Source of the DNA: Eledone cirrhosa
Lineage: Eukaryota
Direction of reading: 5' to 3'
Assembly (NCBI GenBank): GCA_964016885.1
Contig: OZ024740.1
Span: 45,632,001 to 45,696,000, forward strand
Length of the DNA: 64,000 nucleotides
Part shown: positions 1 through 45,680 of the stretch, piece by piece
How the letters are laid out: every line of letters starts with the position of its first letter
How positions within the stretch are numbered: position 1 is the first letter of the stretch
Translations under genes and position numbers: made by a program
Notes under the pieces: generated by a model
The model's database searches: none
Told to the model about the DNA's origin: nothing
Seen by the model: the letters and a program-made list of their open reading frames with translations, nothing else

Positions 1-320
1 AATTGACATCTCCCCATCACTGGGACTTTACACTTATTAACACCAAATTCCATTCATATACCATTGCTGAAAATACGGACAGTGTTAAAAAATACACCCA
101 ACTCCTCACTCTTCCTGAAGGGTTGTATGTCGTCCGTGAAAAGGAGGTGGTTTATGGTAAGCTTTCATTTCCCCAGTTCGTATCGTTCCTTCACTTTTCG
201 CAATACGAGGGACAAGAGTATGAGGGTAGGGACAAACAATAAAGGGGAGAGACTATCTCCTTGGAAGATATTTCTCTTGATTTTCACTCCTCCCAAGGAT
301 TCTCCCTCTGTTGTTAACTC
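1..320 (-). mobile_element. Degenerate non-LTR retrotransposon RT fragment (R4/Dong-like)
   Basis: Minus strand reads ..VKIKRNIFQGDSLSPLLFV..*KLTINHLLFTDD..MEFGVNKC, i.e. the QGDSLS and xDD RT motifs with in-frame stops; same motif set as the LINE at 16.1-18.5 kb. Confidence 0.8.
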
Positions 321-1282
321 TGTGTCTATCATTATTGTGGTTAATAAAGAAATACTTATTATTATTATTATAGAGGTGACTGTTCAGAATCACTTTTAAA
401 TGAGAAACGACACAACAGCAGCAGCACAGCAGCAACAACAGAAGCAACAACAACAGCAACAACAGCAGCAAAAACAATGACCAATTTTTAATAAAAATTA
501 AAAACAACTCCCTCAAAAAACTTTAGCCGCATTAAACACTAAACTTGTGGTCGCTATAAAATATGTTTGGAGGGTATGATAGCTGGTAAGAGAAACCAAG
601 TATACCCCTGTGGCAGATGGAGAGACCAGATCTTAAAATGGTCTCAACGTTTATCACAGACAGAACTGAATGTAACGACAAGAAACGTGTGTGGGTGTCT
701 CTGTAAAATCTATCTGGAGGGCATGATACATGGAAAGAGATAGTGAGGACACTCAAAAAGATCTGATCTTAATATGGTCTCCATGTAAACCATAAACAGA
801 ACTCAATGCAATGACAATAAATAAGAATATATGGAAAAAATATGTTCATGGTGTTTTGTACTTAACTGTAAGTTGAAATAACGATTGAAACAAATGATAA
901 ATCTATATTATAAAAGGAAAGCTCTTTCTATATCTGTCTGTCCGTCACACATATATGTAGAATGAGGGAAAGAAGAGGAATGAAAAGGAGAGGCAACTCC
1001 ATTTTTAAGTTGATTGGAGAAGGGAGTTAATTTATCATACTTATAGTTTATTGCAAGGGTTAGAGGTAATAAGGTAGAGATCTGTAGAAGGGTGGTGGTG
1101 AGGAACCAGTGGAGAGGAGAGACCAAATATTAAATAAGAAATTTGTAGAGGAAGAAATGAATTAGTTTAGCTAATGAAACAAAACTACACATTTTAAAGA
1201 GTTCCTACATTAATTAATATCTTCCTACATAAATTTATATAAGAATCATATGTTAAGTTCCGATCTTTGTAATTAAATAATT

Positions 1283-1440
1283 GTTTCTATTTTAGGCACA
1301 AGGCCAGCAATTACCCAGTACATTACTGGTACTTTATTTTATCGACCCCGTAAGGATGAAAGCAAAGCTAACCTCGGTGGGATTTGAACCCAGATCATAA
1401 AGGGACGTAACTCTATGCTTCAAAGCATTGTGTCCGAATG
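1283..1440 (-). mobile_element. SINE-like dispersed repeat (family A: ..ctgagttcaaatcccgccgaggttaactttgcctttcatcc..gtcgataaaataaagtaccagt)
   Basis: Reverse-complement match to copies at about 3.8, 14.0, 22.9, 23.2, 31.2, 33.5, 33.7, 44.4, 44.6, 47.0, 60.0, 63.5 and 63.6 kb; contains a GTTCAAATC B-box-like motif. Confidence 0.75.
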
Positions 1441-1594
1441 AATAATTATAGTAATTCACATTAAACTCTTCATTGATTAATTGAAATAGGGTGTCATTCG
1501 TTAGAAATATGGTCACAAAAGGGTTGAAACAATCATGATGAAAAACATATGCAGGATGAAAAGTTGAAGGATTTGGAAAAAGAAAGCTACTTAC

Positions 1595-34017
<32,423 letters not shown>

Positions 34018-34401
34018 CTGAAGTCAAAATAGTAAGATATAGTACAAACGATAAATATAAAAGTTGTTAACAGTTAGTCTGGGTGCTTGAGAATAATAAC
34101 TGTATATAGAAGTAAGAAGAAACTATACAGGATTGTAATGAAATGAAATGTTAGATATATCTATATGTAGTGGTATAAACACTATAGGATGAATAGAAGA
34201 AATATGTAATATAGTATAGAAATATGAAATATGTATAGTGTATGAATATATGCCTGAGGAATGAAAGGCTATGTATTTATATCCTTATCCACCCCTTCTC
34301 TCTCTCTCTGTATCTGTTTCGGTGGCTTAATGGTAGGTGTTAGAGACGATGGAGACACTGGTGTGGGGTTCAATCTCAGTCAGAATCTGTACTATATCTT
34401 T

Positions 34402-34449
<48 letters not shown>

Positions 34450-34756
34450 CATATATACAAATACAATATAAAGATATCTGCAACTGCGTAAAATGTGTTA
34501 CACACTGAGTATGTAAACATGGTAAATATACGTATTTCCTTGTGAATTAAAAAAGAAAAAGAAACACATTTAATCGATTTTCGAACCTAGTTTGGTTCTC
34601 ATTAGATATGCACATCATCTAAATAACCACAAGGAAACGCATATCCGAGAGATTTATATATCTTATCACTTATAGTAATATCCTAAAATGTACGTATTAA
34701 TTTGCATATTATTAGTACTCATGTTGCAGTGTACTTATATATAAATATATATATCT

Positions 34757-35100
34757 AGGGCGGGTAAAATTCCAGAGATCCATGGACGAGTTCTCTCCAG
34801 CGGTCTTTGTCCCTCATTATCGCTGCCATGTCCTGCGTCTCCAACAGACCAGTGTCTGTCTTTAGGGCATCAACATACGTTAACCTTGGTCTTCATCTTC
34901 CAGTGTGTCCATGCAGGGGTTCCCACAGGAGCACTGAGTGCAATGTCAACTCTGGATGTCGGTGAGCATGTCCAGCTAACCTCAGTCTCCTCTGTGTCAC
35001 TTTTGAGCTGACTTTTGGGAGGCTCCCATACAGCTCTGAGTTTTTCATCCTCAGTGTATACTGATTAATGTTCAGAGCCATCCACAGCATTCTCGTGCTA
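34757..35100 (-). mobile_element. RTE-clade LINE 3' fragment
   Basis: [41 protein letters not shown]; inserted in (TA)n. Confidence 0.8.
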
Positions 35101-35105
35101 CACGA

Positions 35106-35156
<51 letters not shown>

Positions 35157-35204
35157 GACACACACAGAAACACACATACAGAAATACATACACCCACCCC
35201 ACAC

Positions 35205-35249
<45 letters not shown>

Positions 35250-35386
35250 TAGATAAATATACACGGGTGTGTATGATTTGTTGATTTCATTTGTTGCTTT
35301 CCAGACATGTTGGCATATACACAATAGGAATATATATATATATATATATATATGAAAATTGCAAACTTGACTGTCACCACATATTA

Positions 35387-35425
35387 TGAACCTGAAGATT
35401 GCGAAAGCATGAAAGTACTTGTTCA
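35387..35425 (+). ncRNA. Minimal type I hammerhead ribozyme
   Basis: tgaac-CTGAAGA-t-tgc-gaaa-gca-t-GAAA-gtac-TT-gttca: stem I tgaac/gttca, GAAA-tetraloop stem II, palindromic stem III. Confidence 0.72.
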
Positions 35426-35537
35426 ATTAACACTTAACATTTAATATTCTATCATACTATTTCATTATAATACCATTATAAATTTTAAAGGATTGTAAAT
35501 AAAACGAGTAAATCAGACAAAGTTGGAATTCATCTTA

Positions 35538-35598
<61 letters not shown>

Positions 35599-35615
35599 CT
35601 TCTCCCCATACTTTT

Positions 35616-35670
<55 letters not shown>

Positions 35671-35764
35671 AGATAGATAGATAGGTAGATAGATATCTCT
35701 GAAAAACAAATTTAATAGGAACTGAAGTTTCAAAAATACACCATATAAACTATTAATTCTTTAT

Positions 35765-36130
35765 AGTATATTGTATATATATATATTGTATATATATTGT
35801 ATATATATTGTATATATATTGTATATATATATTGTACATATATTGTATATATATTGTATATATATATTGTATATATATTGTATATATATTGTATATATAC
35901 TGTATATATATTGTATATATATTGTATATATATATTGTATATATATTGTATATATATTGTATATATATTGTATATATATATATTGTATATATATATTGTA
36001 TATATATATTGTATATATATTGTATATATATTGTATATATATTGTATATATATAGTGTATATATATTGTATATATATTGTATATATATATTGTATATATA
36101 TATATTGTATATATATTGTATATATATTGT
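35765..36130. repeat. (TATATAT-TG)-type degenerate microsatellite
   Basis: Direct inspection. Confidence 0.93.
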
Positions 36131-36320
36131 AACGAAGGAGTTGTGGTAAGGAACCAAATGGACCATAACGCACCATAGTACTCAATACTTAGGGTAGTAG
36201 AGTTGGTAATAGGAAAAAGTATGACCCCGACGGCAGAGCTCAAGCCGTTTCGACGGCTATTTCTGTCCAAAAATAACCGTCGAAACGGCTTGAGCTCTGC
36301 CGTCGGGGTCATACTTTTTC
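36128..36320 (-). mobile_element. Family H palindromic element
   Basis: Hairpin 36213-36320; tail is the reverse complement of the 26911-26992 tail. Confidence 0.8.
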
Positions 36321-36617
36321 GTATATATATTGTATATATATTGTATATATATATTGTACATATAGTATATTGGAAAGAATTCAATTGTATATCTATATAT
36401 AATGTATTGCCCTTAGTGGTAAGGGCATTCGGTTCACGATCGTAATGTTGTGAGTCCGGTTCCATGTTGTGAGACCCAAGTTCTCTTTTTAAAAAGATGT
36501 GTTTACAAAGAAACCTCCGAATATACATACGCACATGCACATACGCAGACGCGCGCGCGCACTCATTCCCACGCATGCACACATACATACACACAAAGAT
36601 TGAATCAAAAATGAAAC

Positions 36618-36835
36618 GCACCTTAGCTGAGCAGTAAAAATACGCCTATGGCCCCTCAGGTGTTTGTATATCAGTGTCACCTTAGCTGAGCAATAAAAAA
36701 CACACATGTGGCCCCAAGGTGTCTGTTAACCAGTCTCACCTTAGTTGAGTAGTAAAAACATCCCTCTAGTCCTCGGTGGTCTGTTAATCTGTCTCACCTT
36801 AGTTGAGTAGTAAAATCACACCTCTGGTCCTCAAT
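36618..36835. repeat. Tandem repeat, unit about 58-60 bp, about 4 copies
   Basis: caccttagctgagcagtaaaaa..ggcccc recurs. Confidence 0.8.
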
Positions 36836-37497
36836 AGTCAGCCGCCTGTTAGACAATGTCATCTCGATGCTCTAGTCGGTTTTAAAACCCTGTCCCTGTC
36901 TGTCTGTATGTATATGTACATTCCTTCAGCGATTATTTCATAAATAGTGTTAAATAAATTAAAGCCCCCCCCCCACACACACATACACACACACACGTAA
37001 ACTAGTTAACAATGTTTAAATGACATCCACTTAAAATGTGTTGTTATTAAATATAGACTTACGTATTAATTGATAGGAATCAATTACAGAGGGAATGTTC
37101 AATCAATTTTATAAAAATAGCCTTTCTAATCCAAGTATTTATAAAACAGATGTAGTTTTATATTCCTGATAACACGGGGATACATATACCACCACAATAC
37201 TTCCTCAAATATATATATTTATTTTCAATTTAATTGTCATGTTACTAATTAGCTAGCGATGTAAATAATTAACAATAAGTACGCTAATTTAGCCCACCCT
37301 ACCCTTCTCTTGTTAACTCCTCCTGGTAAAACTATTATCAAATAATTCCACCCGACATAGGATCCTATACGTCACTATTTCCCAAACAGCTACTGATCCC
37401 TTTTTAGAGAATATGTTTTATCAACGCCCCCAACTGTAAAGCTGATCACAAATCATACATTGAAAATTAAATCTTAATATTTTGAAATTATATTTAA

Positions 37498-37762
37498 CCC
37501 TTTAGTATTTTCATTACTCTATATATACTATTGTATTTTCGCAGGAAAGGCTTTATCTCGCATAATATCTCGCATAATATCTCGCATAATATCTCGCATA
37601 ATATCTCGCATAATATCTCACATAATATCGAATCAATGAGATTTTGATATTTATTTTGAGAACAATACCTTAACATAAGTATGAGTGGCCAGTTACGGTC
37701 GATTTGAACAGAAAGCGGTGAGAGAATTGTGGCTGGATACGGCCGGTTTAAATGCTAAAGGG
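37498..37762. mobile_element. piggyBac-type MITE
   Basis: TTAA|CCCTTTAG..CTAAAGGG|TTAA; internal (ATCTCGCATAAT)x~6 expansion; second copy at 59259-59479. Confidence 0.82.
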
Positions 37763-38433
37763 TTAAACATATATTGTATAACTAAAAGTGACAGTTTTAC
37801 AAGTAATGTTAATTGGTACTCTTTATCCCTTTCCTCCCCCATCACATCTTACCCTACAGTGACACCCACATTGCCTTACAATAACCCTTATACCATGCCC
37901 TTGCCTCCTTGGGTTCCTCTTGAGCCTGCCACTGTCTTCTTTAAGAATCACTTCTCTACGTGTATGGTCGACCTGCTAGAAATAACAGCAAACCGAATAT
38001 CGCTCAAATCACAACTTACGCATTGATTGAGGTAGTTCTGGTTGTCAAAATCTTTTCCTGAGTTCAGTTTTTTTCGTTGCTATGGCAATGCGGCTGGACT
38101 GTCGGTCGCTATATTTGATTTTCAAAGCTGTCTAAACGTATTGTTATAACTCTGGGGTATTATTCTCCATCGAGTGCTAAGCTGTATTCCGAATCTGCAT
38201 TCGTTAGCTTAGCCGCAGCCAAAAGCTTCGTTAATGCTATACTAAAATTTATATATATATATATATATATATTGTCACATACAGTGTCACGTTGAATCTC
38301 CACGAGAATTACATGCGAGTACACGTGTCTGTGAAATGCTCAGTCACTTGCACGTTATTTTGGCGAGCTATTCCTTTGATTGGGACACTCACTGTCGGAA
38401 CTGATGAAGGTGTAACACATATACACATACATG

Positions 38434-38488
<55 letters not shown>

Positions 38489-38601
38489 ACGTACATGTTC
38501 ACACACACACACATACACACGTACATGTTCACACACATACACATGCATACAAATATGCACGGGCTAGCGCACACACATACAGACACATACAGACGCACAC
38601 A

Positions 38602-38639
<38 letters not shown>

Positions 38640-38769
38640 TACATACATACATGCATAGACACCCATATATATATGTGTGTATATATATATATATATATGT
38701 GTGTGTATGTGTGCGCGTGCGCGTGCGTGTGTGTGTGTGTGTGTGTGTCTGTGTATGAATATGGATACA

Positions 38770-39150
38770 GTAAAAAGCTGTTTAGACCATTCCTCACCAG
38801 AGTACTCGATACTTGGCGTAGTAGAGTGTGGTTATATGAAAGCGTCGGGACCCGACGGCTGAGCTCTTGCCGTTTTAACAGCTAGTTACAGATTCAGAGT
38901 CTGGAACTAGCTGTTGAAACGGCAAGAGCTCAGCCGTCGGGGTCCCGACTCTTTCATATATATATAACGAAGGAAGTGTGGTAAGGAACCAGATGGACCA
39001 TAACACACCAGAGTACACCATACTTAGGGTACTAGAGTGGGTAATAGGAAAATGTTTAACCCCGACGGCAGAGCTCAACCCGTTTCGACGGCTATTTCTG
39101 GAATAGCCGTCGAAACGGCTTGAGCTCTGCCGTCGGGGTTAAACATTTTC
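38770..39150 (-). mobile_element. Two adjacent family H palindromic elements
   Basis: Hairpins 38833-38960 and 39048-39150, each preceded by the shared tail. Confidence 0.8.
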
Positions 39151-39256
39151 ATATATATATATAGTAATAATAAATTTGAAGACTAAAATCCAAATCCAAA
39201 AGGGCTCGATCAGGATAACTATATATCAAATATATAAGAACCGTAGAGCAAATATT

Positions 39257-39391
39257 TATTAAAATAACAGATTAAAGTTTAACCAAAGAATCGCTGCTTT
39301 CACCCTTAAGGGGATCTTCTGAAACTCTGAGTTTCAGAAGATCCCGTTAAGGGTGAAAGCAGCGATTCTTTGCTTAAATTTTAATCTGTTA

Positions 39392-39400
<9 letters not shown>
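39257..39400. repeat. Near-perfect palindrome (arms about 70 bp, centre about 39328)
   Basis: attaaaataacagattaaa..ctgaaactc t gagtttcag..tttaatctgttattttaat; adjacent to (TA)n. Confidence 0.85.
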
Positions 39401-39456
<56 letters not shown>

Positions 39457-39641
39457 CCTTCCGTCTGTAAAATATTGACAAATCAGTCAGATAATACAAC
39501 CGTGATATATAATCATAATCTATAATCTTTGGTGAAAAGAAATCATATAATCCTCCACAGAGAATTATTTGTACTTATTATTATCATTATTATTAATATC
39601 AATATCATCATCATACAAATATATATATATATACACACACG

Positions 39642-39690
<49 letters not shown>

Positions 39691-39720
39691 GTATATATAT
39701 ATATATATGTGTGTGTGCGA

Positions 39721-39751
<31 letters not shown>

Positions 39752-39770
39752 AATATATATATATGTGTAA

Positions 39771-39803
<33 letters not shown>

Positions 39804-39823
39804 AATATATATATATGTGTAAA

Positions 39824-39868
<45 letters not shown>

Positions 39869-40103
39869 TAGAAGCTTTCTCCATAATAGTTTTTTTACTA
39901 CAATTTAGGCGAATAAACTGACTGAACGGAAGAAATAAGATCAGCACAGATGGGAGCCGATCCCACACCTCTCGTTTGTCGGACGAGTACACTACCATTA
40001 TGCCAATGAAACCACCCGACTTTTAAGGTTATTTTTAGAAGCTATAACTTAATAACAAACGAGAGGTAGGTGTCGGTTGAATTTACCTTGTATTGACAGT
40101 TAT

Positions 40104-40139
<36 letters not shown>

Positions 40140-41308
40140 TAAACATAAACACTATACACATACACACACGCATCAACACACATACACAAACACCTCCTTA
40201 ATTCGTTGGATCTCTCCAGTAGGTTTTCACTCACAACCCTGATTCTACCTGAACTTCTACCCGGATATCTCTTCAAATTACAGGGCTTTTTCACTGTTGT
40301 TTTCATTCCACCAATATCCTACCACTCACCACTACTTTTCCTCTCACTATACCTTTCTCACCCCAACTCCTTTCCCTTCTGTTCTGGTCTCTCCTCTTTT
40401 CTTCACTCATCTTCACTCCATCACTTACTCCCTTTCATTTTTAGTTGCTTCTTATCGCTTAACAACCCTCTCTATATTATCACTCCTCCACCACGTTCAA
40501 TCTCTAACCTCTCCTCTACCATCTTTGTTTCACACTTAAACGCTTCCTCCACCCATTCTACCCATTTGCATCCAATACTCCTTGAATCTCTCCGAATTCC
40601 TCTTCATAAAACATTACAACAGCTATACTATCTTTCTTAGTACATGAATCGCATTCTGACCTGCACTTTTCCAAAATAGCTGGCTAACTACACACGTATT
40701 TTCATAAAATAAATTCTCCTTTTATATTTTTTCTTACTTTCGTTTACCATTCTAATTCATCTTCTCTCGTTTATTCTATTTTCCAATGAAGGACTAAACG
40801 TACGAAACGCTAAGACTCTTCTCCTACAATATAAGGCGTCAACAAACGTACATCATCCCTGTACCGCATTGTTCTCCCGTGTTGTTTTTCATTCTTGACA
40901 TTTCTCACATATATATGGTAAGTATGTTTTGAAACATCGAGCGAGTTTGAAATTAGAAATAGAAGCTTTCGCCTTAATTTCTGACTAAAGAAATGTTAGC
41001 CTGATAGTGGGGTTTAGAACCCTCTAAGAAATGGAAAAAGGTGAGTATTGACGTACTCCCAAAATGGCTGACTGAATACCCATGTGTTTTTTTTTCCGCT
41101 CCTTACTCTTCTCATTTTCTATTTTTTGTATTTCATTTTTATTTCTTATTCTATCTTCTGAAGAAGGACTAGTATCCAAAACGTTTAAGACTCTTTTCCT
41201 ACTAAATCAAGCGTTAAACTAATATAGTTCTCTAGTTACGGCGTCGTTTGCTTTGTTGTTTCTATTTACTGTTTGCATACATACATACATCGATACATAC
41301 GTACAAAC

Positions 41309-41347
<39 letters not shown>

Positions 41348-41491
41348 TATATTTAATTAGTTACAACAGTGACATATACAGGTACTTTCGTTAGGTTTTG
41401 CATGTATATATCACAGCTGTAACTAATTATACTTATCTCGTCCTATGGACTGAGCGCTTTTACTCTTGGATATTTCTACCAAACTTTTGCT

Positions 41492-41537
<46 letters not shown>

Positions 41538-42622
41538 ATACACAAACATAATTCAAGCGAGAAACAAGAAAAATGTCCCATCAATTGTTACCGTAGAAAC
41601 TATTTCCCCTTATTTCTATATATTGGAGTGCACACAACATGACTGAATCCTGAAGAATATGTCTTTGCAATGATAGGGCAACTGGATTCTCTATTCCGTT
41701 GATCAAACTGGAACACTCATCGTCGAAACCGGCGGAGTTTCATTCTATTCCACATTTTGTTAGAGGTCAATTTTGTTATTATACAAAACAACAACAACAA
41801 CAACATGAACAAGCGCCATCGTATTTTTATTGCGTGAGATAGAGCGAGTGATAATGTGTGAGAGAGCGTGTGCGTGGTGTGCGTGTGTATGTGTGTGTGT
41901 GTGCGAATACGTATGAGTGTATGTGTGAGTGTGTGTATATGTGAGTGCGTGTGTATGTATGAGTATGTGTGAGTGTGTGTGTATGTGTGTATGATTGCGT
42001 GTTTATATATACCAAAGTGTGTGTATGTATTTATGGTTGACGCCGCGTTCTTTAGTATATGTGTGTGTCTGTGTGTGTGTGAATCATCTTCAAATAACAT
42101 ATACTCCAATATAATGATTGTTTGTGCACGTGTGTGTGTATGCGTGTGCATGTGTGTGTATGCGTGTGCGTTTGTGGGTTAAGCTACATTCTACTGTATG
42201 TGTGCGTGTGTGAATATGTGTGTGCATATTTGTGCATGTTTGTGTGTGTGTGTGTGTGCGTTCGTTAGGCTACATTATTTTGTACGTGTGTGTGTGTGTG
42301 TGTGTGTGTGTGTTAGTATATACGGAGGCAGGCATGGCCGAGTGGTTTAGGAGTGCATATCACAATGGCGAGTCCTTGTGTTCAATCCCATGGTGTGACA
42401 TCTTGGGAAATGACTTATCTTTTGAGTGAAATTAGGTAGCCGTGAACTGTGGAGTCACATATCAGATGAACTGTACCAGTAATTCATGCAGATTCTATGT
42501 GCTACGTTAACAATACACGTGCCTACAGTACTGAGCCACATAGATTAGAATTTAACAAATAGACATATCAGTAAATCGAACAATTGGAATAGTGATTGTC
42601 GAAACCAACAGAGGTCCATAGA

Positions 42623-42715
<93 letters not shown>

Positions 42716-43297
42716 TGTGTGCTTCTAAGATTTATTTTGTGTTTGAAAGAGACCCCCCCCCCCCCAATAAAAAAAAAAAAAAAAAAAAAAAAAACAAACA
42801 ATGGTATCTTAAATCTAAATGAATACGAGATATTTTAAGGTTTCAGTATTATATTGAATTTGAAATCTGTTTATTTTATATAAAGGTATATATGGATATA
42901 TATACAAAAAGTATGTGTATAATAAACATTCACATAGTATGACTGTAAATATCACAGCTTCCGGGTTATCGATCACTTTACACCGATAATGAGGTAGCTG
43001 TGAGATGATCAAAGCTTAACATATTTACTGCGGGACTAAGACTAAATGTATTTTTATTATACAAACATGTTGTATATGGATTCCTATAGGCGTTTATATT
43101 GAATCTCGCTATGTTGGTGCTATTGCTAATGTGTTTATTCCATCTTCAACTGTATTGTGTAACTGAATGAATAAATATATGGTGTTGCTTTCGACAGAAA
43201 CGGTTGTAAAAAATAACATTAGAAAATATTTTGTAAAGCGAAAATGATGTAAACATTTACGAAAAAAAAAAAAGATAAGCCAAATGTAAGAATTTAC

Positions 43298-43425
43298 CTT
43301 TTTTTTATGTTTGTAAAACGCTTTGAGACCTTTCGGGTTCGTCCTACCGTACAGAGACCTGTTTACCTTGGCTGTGACAGCAAACTACAAGCACCGCTCT
43401 GCCTTCTAACTACTAATATATAGAC
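43298..43425 (-). other. Putative non-coding first exon of the transglutaminase
   Basis: Starts about 25-30 nt downstream of a TATA box, contains no ATG, ends at AAG|GTAAAT (alternative donor AAG|GTAAAC, exon end 43367). The ATG at 34017 directly follows an acceptor, so an upstream exon is required. Confidence 0.45.
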
Positions 43426-43445
43426 TTATATCCATATAATCAGTT

Positions 43446-43481
43446 CTTTATAATACTAGCTCTTGCCGCCCGCCTTCCAAT
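43446..43481 (-). promoter_or_regulatory. Putative Pol II core promoter (CCAAT box, GC box, TATA box)
   Basis: Minus strand: ATTGG (43477-43481), GGCGGGCGGC (43465-43474), TATAAAG (43446-43452), in canonical order within non-repetitive sequence. Confidence 0.5.
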
Positions 43482-43930
43482 TACGCCCATATTATACAAA
43501 CAACTCTATTCGTGTCACCACCTATTTTATTAAACTCTCCAATAAGCTTCAATGATGTCAACGTTGCTTTAATCGTTTTAATAAGATTGTAAAGTCGTTT
43601 AGGCTAAAATAGAAAGACATCACTTTTGGCTCCCAATTCCACCAACCAAATCTCTATTGCAGATGTCTTTTCATTTAATTATTTGTCGTTAATTAACAGG
43701 AATTAATTTATAGGAGTGAATTTTTTTAGAACTGAATTTATTTATACAAGGCTAATTCGTGGTGGCGAAGAGCTCAAACGATACTAAACATTCCATTAAA
43801 GTAGAATATATAATATCTATCTTACAATGCATCTCTCCCCTCTTATTCTTGAATGTACGACTGTTTCCTCTCAAATGTTCGCGATTAAATGATACAGATA
43901 CCACTTTTCCCTAGTAGAAAGGTTACTCTT

Positions 43931-43961
<31 letters not shown>

Positions 43962-44369
43962 TTCAAGACCTTAGTCATACACGATAACACACCTTAAGCA
44001 TGAGTTGTTAAGTGGATCGAGAAAATAATGTTTCTTTGAAGGATTTCTTTGTAATGATGACTGTGTTGTTGTTGTTGGTAGTGTTGTTGGTGGTGTTGTT
44101 GGTGGGGCTATGGTAAGGATGAATGGAGTGATTTATGGTGAAAGACTTAATATTGGGTAGTAGCTACACAACATAAACATTTGACTCCAAAATATGTTGG
44201 TATATATAGTAAGACGTTGATTCATATCATGGTAACCATTTTACTTCAAATCTTCGGACCTCTAGCAGTTACGATAGTATGGTGTTGAGGAAGCACCGCT
44301 ATACGGTGAATCTTGGACATTGAGAGTCGGAAAGAGGAGAGACAGAAAGAGCAAGATTAGAAGAATTGA

Positions 44370-44765
44370 TCGCAGTATTCAACTGGTATTTTATTTATAT
44401 ACCCTGAAAGGATGAAATGTAAAGTTGGTCTCGGCAGGATTTGAACTCAGAAAGCGGGAATGAATACTGCAAAGCATTTTATCTAATGTCCTAATGACTC
44501 TGGCAATCCGCTGCCATGTTTCCGTACTACAACTCCAGAATAGCAGTAAAAACGTAGTTTATATTGTCCAATCAGACATATTGCAATACTGTAATGGGAA
44601 GAATTAAAGTAACTCTAATATATAAGAGGAAAGCTGCGAATTAGCTGTTTCGTTAGAACGTCGGACAGAATGCTTTGCGATGTTCGTTCTGGATCTCTGC
44701 GCTCTGAGTTCAAATCCCTTCCGAAGTCGATAAAAGAAAGTACCAGTCCAGTACCGGGGTTAATT
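44370..44765. mobile_element. Two divergently oriented family A SINE-like copies
   Basis: About 44370-44520 (-) and 44625-44765 (+). Confidence 0.65.
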
Positions 44766-45129
44766 CTTCCTTTATATCTCTTTCTCATTTCTTCTCTATC
44801 ACTACTTTTCATTATCTGTAAGAAATCGGCTGTGTTCAAACCCGGAGAGGGGATTGGCTACATTAGGTTTTAAAAATGCACAGGAAGCACCGTATACCAT
44901 TATGGCGCTTCCAAGACTCCGCTATGAGTTACGAGTCTAGTCATTCAATATATAAGAGATATGCAAGCATACCCATGTATCATCCTTTAATTACCGAGGA
45001 TCTACTATGGAGAGCAGCCATCCTAAACATAGCTAGGCTCGTATCCCAACAATAGTATATTGTAAGACATAACTATTTAATTGATATAAAAGTCATCATC
45101 TTAACTATATTGAACGAGGATCTCCCACG

Positions 45130-45680
45130 GAGAGCATACGCCCTTAATCTTGCGAGGACAACATTCCAATAACTGGGCCTTCTCTTCCGGACCAGAAAAT
45201 ACTTCAACAAGTAATGGCCTACAAAACCCAAGTGAAACCGATAATGGAGTACTGCTCCCACATTTGAGGCAGTAGTGCTGTTGTCACTCAAGCACCCTAA
45301 ACAACATTCAGATAAAAGGCCACTCGGCTCATTGGTTTCATGTCTCCCACTGTCACTCTCAGCCTCTAGTCCACAGACATGCTGTCTCCTCATCTATCCT
45401 TTCTACCGTTACTACAATGGCCTCTGCTCCTTCATGTTTTCTAATCACATGCTACATCCACTCAGACCCCTCATTCCACTGGCCACTCCTCCCCATCTCA
45501 TCTATGTGTCCTCCTCACTCCGACTCCAACAAATCACTACATCAACCCCCTCCTGTCCAGAAAGTTCGCCATCTAGAACTCCTAGCTTATTTCTTTCGCA
45601 ATGGAGTGAACCTGCAACAATATAAAGGGCACATCAATGGCATCAATCGCTACCATCTCAGAGGACCTGTGTAAGCCATG
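45130..45680 (+). mobile_element. Degenerate L2/CR1/Jockey-like LINE 3' fragment
   Basis: ..YKTQVKPIMEYCSHI*..FYRYYNGLCS..; homologous to 21310-22040. Confidence 0.6.

Noticed and set aside
1-310. Candidate next transglutaminase exon after aacag at about 308
   Set aside because: The translation is reverse transcriptase (QGDSLSP) with stops, not a TG beta-barrel.
39944-40008. tRNA-Val-like sequence on the minus strand
   Set aside because: The acceptor stem and T-loop are degenerate (gggatcggctccc); more likely a SINE head or pseudogene than a functional tRNA.
40780-41200. Hammerhead-like motifs at about 40785, 41157, 38401 and 57227
   Set aside because: Core nucleotides are mutated or deleted (CCAATGA, AAAA for GAAA, truncations); not called as ribozymes.
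41805-41820. ATGAACAAGCGCCATC, 15/16 identical to the start of the first coding exon but on the opposite strand
   Set aside because: The match does not extend and the ORF stops after 10 codons; treated as chance.
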